A DNA stretch of 64,000 bases, taken from an uncultured delta proteobacterium. GTDB lineage: Bacteria; Desulfobacterota; Desulfobacteria; Desulfobacterales; QNYZ01. The notes under the pieces were generated by a model that was not told the DNA's origin, searched no databases, and saw only the letters and a program-made list of their open reading frames with translations. Positions 40,194-50,362 of this stretch are shown one piece after another (the stretch's first letter is position 1; each line of letters opens with the position of its first letter). A program made the position numbers and the translations under genes. The stretch is from contig CAWJQU010000006.1 of assembly GCA_963845145.1 (NCBI GenBank), positions 1-64,000 on the forward strand, read 5' to 3'.

Positions 40194-40601
40194 GTGTCCA
40201 ATGATGAATCCTGCGCAGAGTTTACCAATTTGCGCGGCAAACTGCATAAAACTCAGAAAGAGCTATCCCAGTTGCTGGGTACATCCATCAAGGCAGTTCA
40301 CAGCTACGAACAGGGCTGGCGGGCAATTCCGGGCCATGTGGAGCGACAGATGTTTTTTCTCGCCTCTCGTCGTCTGTTAGACCCCAAGGCGAAAAAATCG
40401 TGCTGGCAGATAACCCGCTGTCCACGGGACCGTCGCGCCCAATGCCCTGCTAAGGAGTTCAAGGATTACAAACTGTGCTGGTTTATCTGCGGTACGCAAT
40501 GCCATGGTGTAGTTCACGACACCTGGAAAGAGAAGATGGCGTTTTGTCGGACTTGCCCTGTTTTTCAACCGGTTTTGGACCTTGCTGTAACCAATGAGTG
40601 A
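40194..40601 (+). CDS. XRE-type HTH regulator fused to a Cys-rich two-CW-like domain
   Basis: [30 protein letters not shown]...CPA...CWFICGTQC...CRTCPVF. Confidence 0.8.
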   Translation: MSNDESCAEFTNLRGKLHKTQKELSQLLGTSIKAVHSYEQGWRAIPGHVERQMFFLASRRLLDPKAKKSCWQITRCPRDRRAQCPAKEFKDYKLCWFICGTQCHGVVHDTWKEKMAFCRTCPVFQPVLDLAVTNE

Positions 40602-41754
40602 GTATATCGAGCATGACCAAAACGGCGTAACGGTCGGCCTGGTTAAAAAGCGGACCTTCACCTTTGCCGAACCACCGGACAAGATGATCCTTGAGTGCGG
40701 GGAGGCTTTCGGCCCGATAACCCTTGCCTATGAAACTTATGGCGCTTTAAACGCCGATAAAAGCAATGCCGTTTTGATTTGCCATGCCCTAACCGGTGAT
40801 GCCCATGTAGCGGGGTATCACGACGCAGATGATCCCAAACCCGGATGGTGGGACATCATGGTAGGGCCCGGAAAGGGTATCGATACGGACCGCTATTTTG
40901 TGATCTGTTCCAATATTTTGGGCAGTTGTGTTGGGTCTACCGGGCCGTGTTCCTACAACCCGGACACCGTTGAGCCCTTTGCACTGGATTTTCCGGTAGT
41001 GACTATCGGTGATATGGTTCGGGCGCAAAGGGCGCTTGTTGATCATCTGGGCATAGAGATTCTCCATTGTGTGATCGGCGGGTCCATCGGGGGTATGCAG
41101 GTGTTGGAGTGGTGTGCACGCTATCCGGGCAGGGTGAAGTCGGCCATACCGCTTGCCAGCACGACCCGACACTCCGCTCTGGCCATTGCCTTTAATGAGG
41201 TGGCCCGACAGGCCATCATGGCGGATCCCAACTGGAACAGGGGTAAGTACTACAATGGTCCCAAGCCGGACCTCGGATTGGCGGTAGCCCGCATGATCGG
41301 TCATATCACCTATCTGTCCGATGATGCCATGCGCATGAAATTCGGCAGACGGCTTCAGGATAAAAATGATTTTTCATTTAATTTTGATGCTGACTTCCAA
41401 GTGGAAAGTTACCTGCGTCATCAGGGTAAAAAATTTGTCGAGCGCTTTGATGCCAATTCGTTTTTATATATCACCAAAGCGGCCGATTATTTCGATTTGG
41501 GCCGAGAGCATGGCGACGGCTCCGATGTTAAAGCATTTTCAAAAGCCAAGGCCAAGTTTTTGGTAATCTCCTTTACTTCCGACTGGCTCTACCCTACATA
41601 CCAATCCCGCCATATTGTCAAAGCCATGAATAAAAACGGGCTGGATGTTAGTTTTTGCGAGATCGAAGCACAATGGGGACACGATGCCTTTCTATTACCC
41701 AGCGTGCGCATGAACGCTTTGATCAAGGGGTTTCTCAATCATGCCGCCGACTAA
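40594..41754 (+). CDS. metX: Homoserine O-acetyltransferase
   Basis: [30 protein letters not shown]. Confidence 0.96.
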   Translation: MSEYIEHDQNGVTVGLVKKRTFTFAEPPDKMILECGEAFGPITLAYETYGALNADKSNAVLICHALTGDAHVAGYHDADDPKPGWWDIMVGPGKGIDTDRYFVICSNILGSCVGSTGPCSYNPDTVEPFALDFPVVTIGDMVRAQRALVDHLGIEILHCVIGGSIGGMQVLEWCARYPGRVKSAIPLASTTRHSALAIAFNEVARQAIMADPNWNRGKYYNGPKPDLGLAVARMIGHITYLSDDAMRMKFGRRLQDKNDFSFNFDADFQVESYLRHQGKKFVERFDANSFLYITKAADYFDLGREHGDGSDVKAFSKAKAKFLVISFTSDWLYPTYQSRHIVKAMNKNGLDVSFCEIEAQWGHDAFLLPSVRMNALIKGFLNHAAD

Positions 41755-42376
41755 AACCAGCCCCATTGGGCTTCGATATGATCTTCAAACGGTGGCATCC
41801 TGGATACCGGACGGCGCCAAAGTACTTGGGTTGGGGTGTGGGGAAGGGGATCTGCTCTACTATTTAAAACATGAAAAGCAAGTCATCGGTTCCGGGATCG
41901 AGAAAAATGAGGCGCGGGTAGCCGCTTGCATAGAAAAAGGGCTGACCGTCCTGCAAGGGGATATCAATGAAGAGATTCAGGACTATCCGGACAAGGCCTT
42001 TGATTTCGTCATCTGCACCCTCACCCTGCAACAGGTCTACGATCCGGCCAGCCTGATCCAGGACATGTTACGTATTGGTAATCGGGGCATTGTCAGTTTT
42101 CCCAATTTTAGCCATTGGCGTATCCGGCTGCAACTCCTTCTCACAGGAAACGCCCCCAAAACCAAGCAGCTACCCTATGAATGGTACAATACCCCCAATA
42201 TTCGGGTGATCACCCTAAAGGATTTTCGAAATTTTGCGCGGGATGTAAACATTCGAATCGTCCGGGAAGCCGCCATTAATACCATCGGGCAGGATCGCCA
42301 GGGAAAAGTGACCCACCGGTTGCCGGACTGGCGGGCCAAGTATGGTATATTCATGGTCGAAAATTCTTTATCATAA
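41741..42376 (+). CDS. metW: Methionine biosynthesis protein MetW
   Basis: [23 protein letters not shown]; directly after metX. Confidence 0.95.
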   Translation: MPPTKTSPIGLRYDLQTVASWIPDGAKVLGLGCGEGDLLYYLKHEKQVIGSGIEKNEARVAACIEKGLTVLQGDINEEIQDYPDKAFDFVICTLTLQQVYDPASLIQDMLRIGNRGIVSFPNFSHWRIRLQLLLTGNAPKTKQLPYEWYNTPNIRVITLKDFRNFARDVNIRIVREAAINTIGQDRQGKVTHRLPDWRAKYGIFMVENSLS

Positions 42377-42664
42377 AATGATTCCAAATTACTGATGCAT
42401 TTTACACCATTTTCTTGACATATTTTCATCGGTATGCATACACTTTTTTAAAAAAAGAACCTGACTTTTCTATCATTTTCGGATGATAACCGCATCTTCT
42501 CTCTATTAACAAAAAGCCGTTCTAATCAACGAGTAACCGGTTTGGTTCGGCGCCCTCGGAAGCCGAACATCGAAGATTTTTCAAAACGAACAACCATATT
42601 GCTGCAGCCATAGGTGCCTCTGTATTTTTCAGGGGTGCCGGTAGGGAACTTGAGGTGACCGATT

Positions 42665-44215
42665 ATGGATAGCCCATCGACTCAGGAGTACTTGCTGCTT
42701 AGGGTTGCCGTGGTAGCCAGAGGATATCGCGCCCTATCCGTGATGCGGATGCTGGGTGATATCAAACCCGGAAGATTGAGGCTTAAGTTGGTTGCCATGG
42801 CTACCGTCGGTAAATCCGTTGCCTGTACAAAATATGCCGGAGAAGTAGACGTTACCGTGTACGAGAACCCAAGGGATCTTTTAGAAGTGGAACCCCTTGA
42901 TTTGATTCTCGAAATGACAGGTGATGCACAAACACTGGTTGATCTGGTCAGAAATAAACCGGCCTCAATCGGTATTTTAGACCGACAGGCCTCCATGCTT
43001 ATTTTCGATATCGCCGGTCTGTACCATCAGGCATCAGAGCCCGATTCCGAAATAAGCCTGGCGTCTTCCTTCGCTTCTGCCTTGTTGGAGGCGTCGCCAG
43101 ACGGTGTAATGGTCCTCGATCGTGATTTCCGGATCGTCAATTGCAATGATTCTCCCATCGTCACCGGTGGGAAGGGGCGTAAGTACGCCCTGGGAAGACC
43201 GTGTTATCATCTCATCCATAACTCTCAAAAGGAGTGCAGTGTCCATGAATTAAGATGCCCCATGGAGGAAGTGTTCAAAACCGGCCGGCCCGCCAGAACC
43301 GTTCACGAGACCAAACCGGGTAGCCCCGATACCAGAGTCCATCAATCGACGGCCTACCCCCTGACCAATCCGCTGGGTGAGATTGTTCAAGTCGTTGTCG
43401 TTATCAGAGACATTACCCAAGAGGTGACGGATCGGGTTGAACAACGAACACAGGTGATTAAAAATGACCTGGAACGATTTGTACGTGAAGACCGCCTGGC
43501 GTCTTTAGGCCGGCTGGTCGCTTCCGTCTGTCATGAAATTAACAACCCTATCTCCAGTATTCTGACATTCAACAAACTTATCCTAAGATGCATTCAGGAA
43601 GATGATCTGCCTGAGGGAGGATTGGATACCTTCAGCCACTATCTGGATATTAGCGTCCGGGAAGCCATGCGTTGCGGCCAGATCGTAAAAAGTCTGCTTA
43701 CCTTTGCTCGGCAGAAAAAGATTGAAGTGATTCAGATCGATCTCAAAGAGATGATCGATACCATTATGGTTCTCACGAATCATCAGCTGGAAATGAACAA
43801 CATCGCACACGAGTTGAGCCTACCCGAAGGCTCATTTACCGCAAAAGGAGATTACACTCAAATTCAACAATGTTTGATGAACCTTATTTTCAATGCCATT
43901 GAATCCATGCCCGAAGGCGGAACACTAACCCTCTCGGGGGGGGGCAACGATGATGCAAAAACGGTTTGGCTGAATGTTGCTGACACGGGCAGCGGTATTG
44001 ATCCTGAAGACCTGCCACGTATTTTCGAACCCTTTTATACCAGTAAAAAGGAAGGTAAAGGGGTAGGGCTGGGACTGTCAATGGTACACGGGGTCATCAG
44101 TGAACACAAAGGGACCATTGAAGTCGAAAGCGAGCCGGGCATGGGGTCGACATTTAACCTGACCTTACCGGCCGGAGTCGATAAAACTTCGAAAACAGGA
44201 GGAGAAACCTCATGA
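42665..44215 (+). CDS. PAS-domain sensor histidine kinase (NtrB-like)
   Basis: HEINNP, NLIFNA, DTGSG, FEPFYTSK, GVGLGL. Confidence 0.95.
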   Translation: MDSPSTQEYLLLRVAVVARGYRALSVMRMLGDIKPGRLRLKLVAMATVGKSVACTKYAGEVDVTVYENPRDLLEVEPLDLILEMTGDAQTLVDLVRNKPASIGILDRQASMLIFDIAGLYHQASEPDSEISLASSFASALLEASPDGVMVLDRDFRIVNCNDSPIVTGGKGRKYALGRPCYHLIHNSQKECSVHELRCPMEEVFKTGRPARTVHETKPGSPDTRVHQSTAYPLTNPLGEIVQVVVVIRDITQEVTDRVEQRTQVIKNDLERFVREDRLASLGRLVASVCHEINNPISSILTFNKLILRCIQEDDLPEGGLDTFSHYLDISVREAMRCGQIVKSLLTFARQKKIEVIQIDLKEMIDTIMVLTNHQLEMNNIAHELSLPEGSFTAKGDYTQIQQCLMNLIFNAIESMPEGGTLTLSGGGNDDAKTVWLNVADTGSGIDPEDLPRIFEPFYTSKKEGKGVGLGLSMVHGVISEHKGTIEVESEPGMGSTFNLTLPAGVDKTSKTGGETS

Positions 44216-45564
44216 TACAATCCATGCGGATACTGATCGTCGACGATGAGGAGCCTATTCGCGAAGCCTTGAGCGCTTGGCTGATAAAGGATGGGTATCA
44301 GGTCAGTACCGCCGATTCTGGGATGACGGCTATGGGTTTTATCGAAAAGGATCTGTTCGATTTGTATCTTGTGGACATAAAAATGCCGGGAATGAGCGGA
44401 ATTGACCTTTTGGGGAGAATCAAAGAGGTTCAACCGGATGCCAACGTCATAATGATTACCGCTCATGGGTCCATTCAAACCGCGGTGGAGGCGATGAAAC
44501 GCGGCGCTTGCGATTATATTTGTAAACCCTTCGATCCGGACGAATTGTCTTTGATGACAGAGAGAGTGTCGGCTACACAGGCCCTGAAAAATGAAAACCG
44601 ATCGCTACGTGAACAGTTGATGGAGCAGCAGGAAACTTCTTTTGAAGGACTGGTTGTGGAATCGGAAGCATTGAGGGAGGTTTTTAAGAGCCTGCAGGAC
44701 GTGGCGCCTACTTCGGCCCCGGTTCTTATTACCGGTGAAACAGGCGCAGGAAAGGAGATTGTGGCAAGGGCCATCCACTTACAGAGTGAACAGGCCCATG
44801 GACCCTTCGTTACGATCAACTGTGGCGCTCAATCGGAAACACTTTTGGAAAGCGAACTCTTTGGTCACGAACGCGGCGCTTTTACGGGCGCCGTGAAAGC
44901 CCGTCGGGGAAGGCTCGAAATGGCCAACAACGGAACGCTTTTCCTGGATGAAATTGGAGAAATTTCAACCAAAATGCAGGTCAGCCTCCTACGCGTCTTG
45001 GAGGAGAAGCAGGTTCAGCGGGTTGGCGGCAACCAAAGCGTCGATACGAACTTTCGCTTGATATGCGCGACGCATCGCGATCTTCCACAATTGATCAGGG
45101 AAGATCATTTTCGAGAAGATTTTTACTATCGGATCAATGTGATAACCATCAATATTCCCCCACTTCGCGAGCGTCTAGCAGATGTCCCGTTGCTTGCCGA
45201 TCATTTTCTCGAACGGTATGTCCAGGAAACCGGTAAACGTGTGGAAGGGTTGACCCAGCGGGCCATAGGTCTATTGATGGCCTATCATTGGCCCGGGAAT
45301 GTCCGCGAGCTGCGCAACGTGGTCGAGCGGGCAGTGGTTCTGGCGAGGGGCAGAATGATAGGTGCCGAGGAACTCTCCTTTCTTCAACCCGACGCTGATG
45401 AATGCCGGTTCGGGACGATGACCCTAAAACAAGTTGAACTCAGCCATCTCAAAGCCGCTCTTGAATCCACTGGCTGGAATATATCCCAGACCGCACGACA
45501 ATTGGATATCGATCGCGGGACTTTGGCACGGAAAATCAAACGTTATCAACTGATTCGAGATTAA
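44212..45564 (+). CDS. Sigma54-dependent response regulator (NtrC family)
   Basis: Receiver domain, GETGAGKE, GAFTGA, WPGNVREL, Fis-type HTH. Confidence 0.96.
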   Translation: MIQSMRILIVDDEEPIREALSAWLIKDGYQVSTADSGMTAMGFIEKDLFDLYLVDIKMPGMSGIDLLGRIKEVQPDANVIMITAHGSIQTAVEAMKRGACDYICKPFDPDELSLMTERVSATQALKNENRSLREQLMEQQETSFEGLVVESEALREVFKSLQDVAPTSAPVLITGETGAGKEIVARAIHLQSEQAHGPFVTINCGAQSETLLESELFGHERGAFTGAVKARRGRLEMANNGTLFLDEIGEISTKMQVSLLRVLEEKQVQRVGGNQSVDTNFRLICATHRDLPQLIREDHFREDFYYRINVITINIPPLRERLADVPLLADHFLERYVQETGKRVEGLTQRAIGLLMAYHWPGNVRELRNVVERAVVLARGRMIGAEELSFLQPDADECRFGTMTLKQVELSHLKAALESTGWNISQTARQLDIDRGTLARKIKRYQLIRD

Positions 45565-45603
45565 ACAAAAGATCCATCCCCAGTATATTGAATCATCAGT
45601 ATA

Positions 45604-46170
45604 ATGAATAATAAGCAAAGCAACCAACCGACTACCGAATCCAGAGGTTTAATCGATATCATTCCGCTTGGACGCGTCGATCCCTTCTCGGTTTCCATTG
45701 TGGCCGCCAACCTTCAAGCCATCATCGGACTTAATGCCAACGTTTTAGAACCTAGGCCGTCCCCCGAATATGCGTTTTCATCCCAAAGGCAGCAGTTCGA
45801 CGCGTTGAAAATCATTAAACAGTTCTCCAAAGAAGAACAAGGGGCGGTCTTCAAAATGGGCGTGACTGAATTCGACATTTGCACGCCGATCCTTACCTTT
45901 GTCTACGGCGAATCGCAACTGGGAGGGAGAATCGCCCTTATTTCAATGAATCGTCTTCATGGGGATGGGGCGGAGTCCACATATGAGAGAGCGGCAAAGA
46001 TCGCCGTTCATGAGGTCGGACACATTTTAGGATTGGAGCATTGCTGGGAAGTCAGGTGTCTTATGCATTTCAGCCGCAATCTTGATCAGTTAGATTCCCT
46101 GCCTTTGAAATTTTGCTCGGCCTGTGAATTCGAAACCGCCCGCCGTATCAGAAATTTAACGGCCGGGTAG
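45604..46170 (+). CDS. Archaemetzincin (peptidase M54 family)
   Basis: HEVGHILGLEHC...CLMHFS...FCSAC. Confidence 0.9.
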   Translation: MNNKQSNQPTTESRGLIDIIPLGRVDPFSVSIVAANLQAIIGLNANVLEPRPSPEYAFSSQRQQFDALKIIKQFSKEEQGAVFKMGVTEFDICTPILTFVYGESQLGGRIALISMNRLHGDGAESTYERAAKIAVHEVGHILGLEHCWEVRCLMHFSRNLDQLDSLPLKFCSACEFETARRIRNLTAG

Positions 46171-46224
46171 GAAAATAAAAATGGCCAGGCAGGAAAATAA
46201 AAACGGGTGTATAGGAAAATAAAA
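46169..46224. repeat. aggaaaataaaa x3 at a 22-bp period
   Basis: Copies start at 46169, 46191 and 46213. Confidence 0.85.
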
Positions 46225-46258
46225 GAGGTTCTCCCCGCCGCTGGGAGAAACCTCTTTT
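46221..46258. terminator. Bidirectional intrinsic terminator between convergent genes
   Basis: aaaagaggttctccc-cgccgct-gggagaaacctctttt. Confidence 0.8.
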
Positions 46259-46353
46259 AACTTTCGTAAAGGGTTAATCGTTTGTACTTCAATATGTTAC
46301 TTGATGCCGTAACGCGAAATATTGAATGTCGTACCTTTGGACTTTATTTTTAC

Positions 46354-47265
46354 CTATTGAAGGAAAGCGTCCACTAGACGATCCCAACCGATTTCGGGTA
46401 CTGCTCCGTAAATATCCTTAACAGCCTCACCACCGGTGGCTGCCATCCGGTAGCCACCCTCCTCATCAAGCAATGTTGTCAGCCGTCCGGCGTCATCATC
46501 AGTCCAAGCCAAACTCTCAACACCATACAATAGGTTTTTCAGGTTCTTGCGCAGGTTTTTCGGCTCGATGACCATCAGCCAGCCTTCGGCATAAGGTGAT
46601 GTGTTGGCACGTTCGGCATTGCCGGCTATCTTCGGGTTGACTGCGATCACCGTACCATCAAGGGGGCTTTTGGTTTCCGCTTCGTTTGTTCCCCGTACCA
46701 GGGTGGCTTGAGGTCGGTTTTGTTCCACGGCGGTCCCTAGTCGGGGAAGTTTGATTTCATCTTGCGGGCCCAGCAGTCTCATCGCAAAATCATCGATACC
46801 CACCCGCACTCGGCCACCGTATTCCACACGAGCCCATGTATGCCCAAAATGATAATAGTGATCTCTTGCTACGGAGAATCCGGATGCATGATCGCAAAGC
46901 GGCGGTGTCAGGGTCGGCATCATGGCTCCGTCTTCTATCATCTGGTCGTAGGGACATTTTACACAGTTGTAGTTATGGGCGCACATTTTGTAAGACACTC
47001 GGCCACTCAGCATGTGTCGGCATTTACCTTGGCTCTCCAGTAAACTCATTCTGGGATTCCGGTAGGCCCCCCACACTTTCTTAGTATCCATATCCCTGGT
47101 CTGAAAATCTGCCTGAACCTTCTGGTCGAAGGCACAGCCAAGACAGTCAAAAGCATTGATGCACTTCATGGCCTTGACCACCCCTGCGCGGGCCCATACA
47201 CATTGCTCGTTTGACAAACCGAAAACACTTGGACGTCCGGATCTTTTTCTTTTTTTCTCACCCAT
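46354..47265 (-). CDS. GcvH-like protein with Cys-rich N-terminal domain, lacking the lipoyl-lysine motif
   Basis: HTWARVE...VRVGIDDFA...SPLDGTVIAVN...PYAEGWL; no ESVK motif; AAGGAGG RBS. Confidence 0.85.
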   Translation of the reverse strand: MGEKKRKRSGRPSVFGLSNEQCVWARAGVVKAMKCINAFDCLGCAFDQKVQADFQTRDMDTKKVWGAYRNPRMSLLESQGKCRHMLSGRVSYKMCAHNYNCVKCPYDQMIEDGAMMPTLTPPLCDHASGFSVARDHYYHFGHTWARVEYGGRVRVGIDDFAMRLLGPQDEIKLPRLGTAVEQNRPQATLVRGTNEAETKSPLDGTVIAVNPKIAGNAERANTSPYAEGWLMVIEPKNLRKNLKNLLYGVESLAWTDDDAGRLTTLLDEEGGYRMAATGGEAVKDIYGAVPEIGWDRLVDAFLQ

Positions 47266-47342
47266 GACTGCCTCCTTTTGATTTGCCGTCAACTTAAATT
47301 TTTATTTGCGGGTTTTTGTGTTTCGTTTGTTTATCTTATAGA

Positions 47343-47357
47343 GCATAAACCGGGCCA
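47343..47357 (-). promoter_or_regulatory. Sigma54 (-24/-12) promoter of the GcvH-like gene
   Basis: Minus strand TGGCCC-GGTTT-ATGC, with GG-N10-GC spacing. Confidence 0.7.
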
Positions 47358-47674
47358 ATTCATGAATGATACAGTATGAAATATCTAACTTATTTAAATC
47401 ATAGATAAAAAAATATGACGGGGAGCCCCGCGAAGTAAACTGAAAATAAATTTATGGGGCTAAATACAGCACCTATATATTTCTATAAATAAAATGCTTT
47501 ACATTACAATAAGTTAGGGGAGTGTTGTAAAATGCTAGAGTATGATGTAATTTGCATCAGCTGTAAAATGAACCACTATTTGTCTAACCGCCGGCGAGGG
47601 TGTGGTCGGGGGTGGAATGAAACCTTTTGGGGAAAGTTTTGGGAGAGTACTGATTTCAGATCGTGTGCAACCAA

Positions 47675-47727
47675 TCGTGTCTTCAGGTCGTGTCTTCAGG
47701 TCGTTGTCTTCAGGTCGCGTGTTCAGG
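47675..47727. repeat. 13-bp tandem repeat x4 overlapping the aminotransferase stop
   Basis: tcgtgtcttcagg tcgtgtcttcagg tcgttgtcttcagg tcgcgtgttcagg. Confidence 0.9.
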
Positions 47728-48934
47728 ATAATAGTTGCGAAAGACGGCGAACACCTTCGTCAATCAGCGCTTCTGAGGCATAGGAGAAATTGAGACGCAA
47801 TTCGTTGGTTTTTATCGTGCCTGTTGGGTAAAACTTGCTGCCCGGAATAAAGGCCACCTTATTGTCAATTGCCCGGTCAAATAGCCGGTCGGTATCGACA
47901 TCCGTGTCAAAGCTAACCCAAATGAACATCCCGCCTTCCGGCTTGGTCCACCGGACGCCATCGGGCATATAGTCCTCCAGGGCTTTGAGCATGGCGTCCC
48001 GACGCGGGCGGTACAGGTCGATAATTTTTTCGATATGGCCCTTCATATACCCCTCATCGATAAAGTGGGCGGTGACGCGTTGGGTGGCGCAATCGGGGCT
48101 GACAGTGGATTTTTGGGCCCATTTGACCATTGGCTCGATAATCTCCGGCGGCCCGGCTGCAAATCCCAAACGCAATCCCGGCCCCAGTATTTTCGAAAAT
48201 GATTTGGCAATGGTGACCCGTTTGGGATCGTTAAATTCAGTGCGGGCCATTTCCCAGAGTGTGATGATTCGTTTCCCACTATACCGTAACTCACGATAAG
48301 GCTGATCTTCTAAGATCGGAAGATCGAACGCTTCGGCCAACTCGATAATGGCCCTTCGGCGCGCAAGATCCATGGTTCGGCCGCTGGGATTTTGGAACTC
48401 CGGAATCAAATATAAAAATTTGACGGTTTTATTTTCTCGCGCGAGCCGGCTAAGGGTATCCCGCAACAGGTCGGGAATGATACCGTATTCATCCATGTCA
48501 ACGCCGATAACACGGGCACCGCACGCTTCCATGGCTGCCAGAGAGCCTGGGAAGCCCGGGGCTTCACATACAATGATATCGCCCGGGTCAATTAAGGTTC
48601 GCGTGAAATAGTAAATACCGTTGGTGGAGCCCACCGTAACCATGAGCTCATCATCGGAGAGATCGGGAACCGCTTCGAACGCTTTGATCGATTGTTTAAA
48701 AACCTTGTCCCCACCGCTTTCACCATATTGGAGAACCTCGTCTCCCTCTTCACGAATGACCCGGGAAAAGAGGTCGGCAAGATATGCTTTAGGGAAGGAT
48801 TCCGGGCTGGGCAGGCCTCCGGCAAATGAAATCATACCGGGTACGCCCTTTGTCACTTTAAGAATTTCTCGAATAAAGGAGTGTTTCATGGACGCGGTTG
48901 TTCGCGCGTATCGCTGCGTGATCGATCCAATCAT
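47723..48934 (-). CDS. PLP-dependent class I aminotransferase (LysN/Aro8-like)
   Basis: ISFAGGLP, FQNPSG, EDQPY, SFSKILGPGLRLG, PEGGMF, LRLNFS. Confidence 0.93.
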   Translation of the reverse strand: MIGSITQRYARTTASMKHSFIREILKVTKGVPGMISFAGGLPSPESFPKAYLADLFSRVIREEGDEVLQYGESGGDKVFKQSIKAFEAVPDLSDDELMVTVGSTNGIYYFTRTLIDPGDIIVCEAPGFPGSLAAMEACGARVIGVDMDEYGIIPDLLRDTLSRLARENKTVKFLYLIPEFQNPSGRTMDLARRRAIIELAEAFDLPILEDQPYRELRYSGKRIITLWEMARTEFNDPKRVTIAKSFSKILGPGLRLGFAAGPPEIIEPMVKWAQKSTVSPDCATQRVTAHFIDEGYMKGHIEKIIDLYRPRRDAMLKALEDYMPDGVRWTKPEGGMFIWVSFDTDVDTDRLFDRAIDNKVAFIPGSKFYPTGTIKTNELRLNFSYASEALIDEGVRRLSQLLS

Positions 48935-49009
48935 GCCAGCCTCCATTTCTGTTGATAGGCCTGCCCCAATGTTTTCGCCCCGAAAAAGGTGAACTTTCCC
49001 ACGGGATGG

Positions 49010-50275
49010 TTACTTGTGGAGGTTCCAGGCGCAAACAACGCCGATTCCAGCTTTGGTCAGGGCATCCGCCGTGAGGTTCACCGAATTGTGTTTTTCCAGG
49101 TAATTGCGCTCCATCGCATCCATTAAGCCTTGGTCCAAAACATCTTTCTTGGCCATGAAGTAATCGAGAATATCGGATGGATGCTCTAAGTCGTTTTCGA
49201 TCTCCGGTTCACCACCTTCGTGTTTGGCCGCAATGTTAGCAACTTCTTGGGCGACTTCCACCAATTCATCTCTACGGTTATATGGCTGGCGGACTATCGA
49301 TTTATAAGTCTCCGTAATGTGATGCTCAATACGAACCTCATCTTCAAGTCCGAAGTCCCGGCGGATCTTAGCGGTTTGGCTGATGGTTGCGTTATTGACA
49401 GAGTTGGATAGGTTAAATCCAATTAAGGAGGTACTTCCGTCATCTCGTGAGAACAGGCGGGCCGTTAATAGCGTCCACAGTGCAGAAAAGGGGTTGTCAT
49501 TGCCCATAAAGACGGAAATCTTAAACTGGTTATCGATGCCCAACTTATGAAGTAGATACCCTAACAGAACTGTTCCCGGGTTGATGTTAAGAACCTGCCT
49601 GATACCGTAGTGGGTATAGTAGTATAGATATTCGTCGAGCCATTTAACAGGGTAGTCATTCGGTTGGCCCACGCCGCCGAAATAGCCTGTAATTGTTTCC
49701 GGTCCACCCAAATGGACATTTGAGCCATCGGTCCCCTTGGTGTCCAGAGTTTCTACGTAAGAGGCGCCGACAATCTGCATTCCGGCTGCAACAGCTAAAA
49801 TATCGCCGTTGTCTTCCTTCTGTTCCACCATATTGCGAACGCGAATGTAACGGCCCGGCATCAGCTCACGCTTCTCAATTGCCTGTTTGGCCTGACTTAT
49901 CAGCCAGGGGAAGTATTGAAGGGCGCTGATCTCCAAGGTAACCTTGTTTTTCTGGTCGATCGTGTTAATGGCATCCGGATTTTTCAAGACCCTTTCGTAG
50001 TATTCCGGCATGGAAACAAAGGCATTTTGTTCCCTTTGCTCTATAAGCCATTCGATGTCGCGGTGATAGTCGGAGTTGATTTCGCGAAGACGTGTTGTCA
50101 GGTTATCCAGGGCGCCGGCTTCTTTGGCTTTTCGATTAATCTCCTCAGGTCCGCCATGGCGTTCGACCATTTCCAATAGTTGGTTTATCAGTTCGTTGTC
50201 GGGGTTGGTAAAAAACGCGTTGATCTCGTCCAGGCGTTCTGAGGATATTTTTAAACGATCTCTAAGGTTACTCAT
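49010..50275 (-). CDS. Hypothetical 421-aa protein in the panB operon
   Basis: Long clean ORF with GGAGG RBS; Gly-rich segment TLDTKGTDGSNVHLGG; no family recognised. Confidence 0.85.
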   Translation of the reverse strand: MSNLRDRLKISSERLDEINAFFTNPDNELINQLLEMVERHGGPEEINRKAKEAGALDNLTTRLREINSDYHRDIEWLIEQREQNAFVSMPEYYERVLKNPDAINTIDQKNKVTLEISALQYFPWLISQAKQAIEKRELMPGRYIRVRNMVEQKEDNGDILAVAAGMQIVGASYVETLDTKGTDGSNVHLGGPETITGYFGGVGQPNDYPVKWLDEYLYYYTHYGIRQVLNINPGTVLLGYLLHKLGIDNQFKISVFMGNDNPFSALWTLLTARLFSRDDGSTSLIGFNLSNSVNNATISQTAKIRRDFGLEDEVRIEHHITETYKSIVRQPYNRRDELVEVAQEVANIAAKHEGGEPEIENDLEHPSDILDYFMAKKDVLDQGLMDAMERNYLEKHNSVNLTADALTKAGIGVVCAWNLHK

Positions 50276-50311
50276 GCACCACCCTCCTATTAATTTTTTA
50301 TAAAACGGTAG

Positions 50312-50348
50312 AACCGGTTTAATGCCAACCGGGTTAATACCAATCGGC
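50312..50348. repeat. 15-bp degenerate tandem repeat after panB
   Basis: aaccggtttaatgcc aaccgggttaatacc aatcggc. Confidence 0.7.
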
Positions 50349-50362
50349 CTTTTACGTGCGCG

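Noticed and set aside
42520..42660. Structured leader upstream of the histidine kinase
   Set aside because: Small hairpins are present (gttcggc...gccgaac) but no recognisable riboswitch consensus.
46354..47265. A canonical glycine cleavage system
   Set aside because: The lipoyl-lysine motif is absent and no gcvT/P/L genes are in the window.
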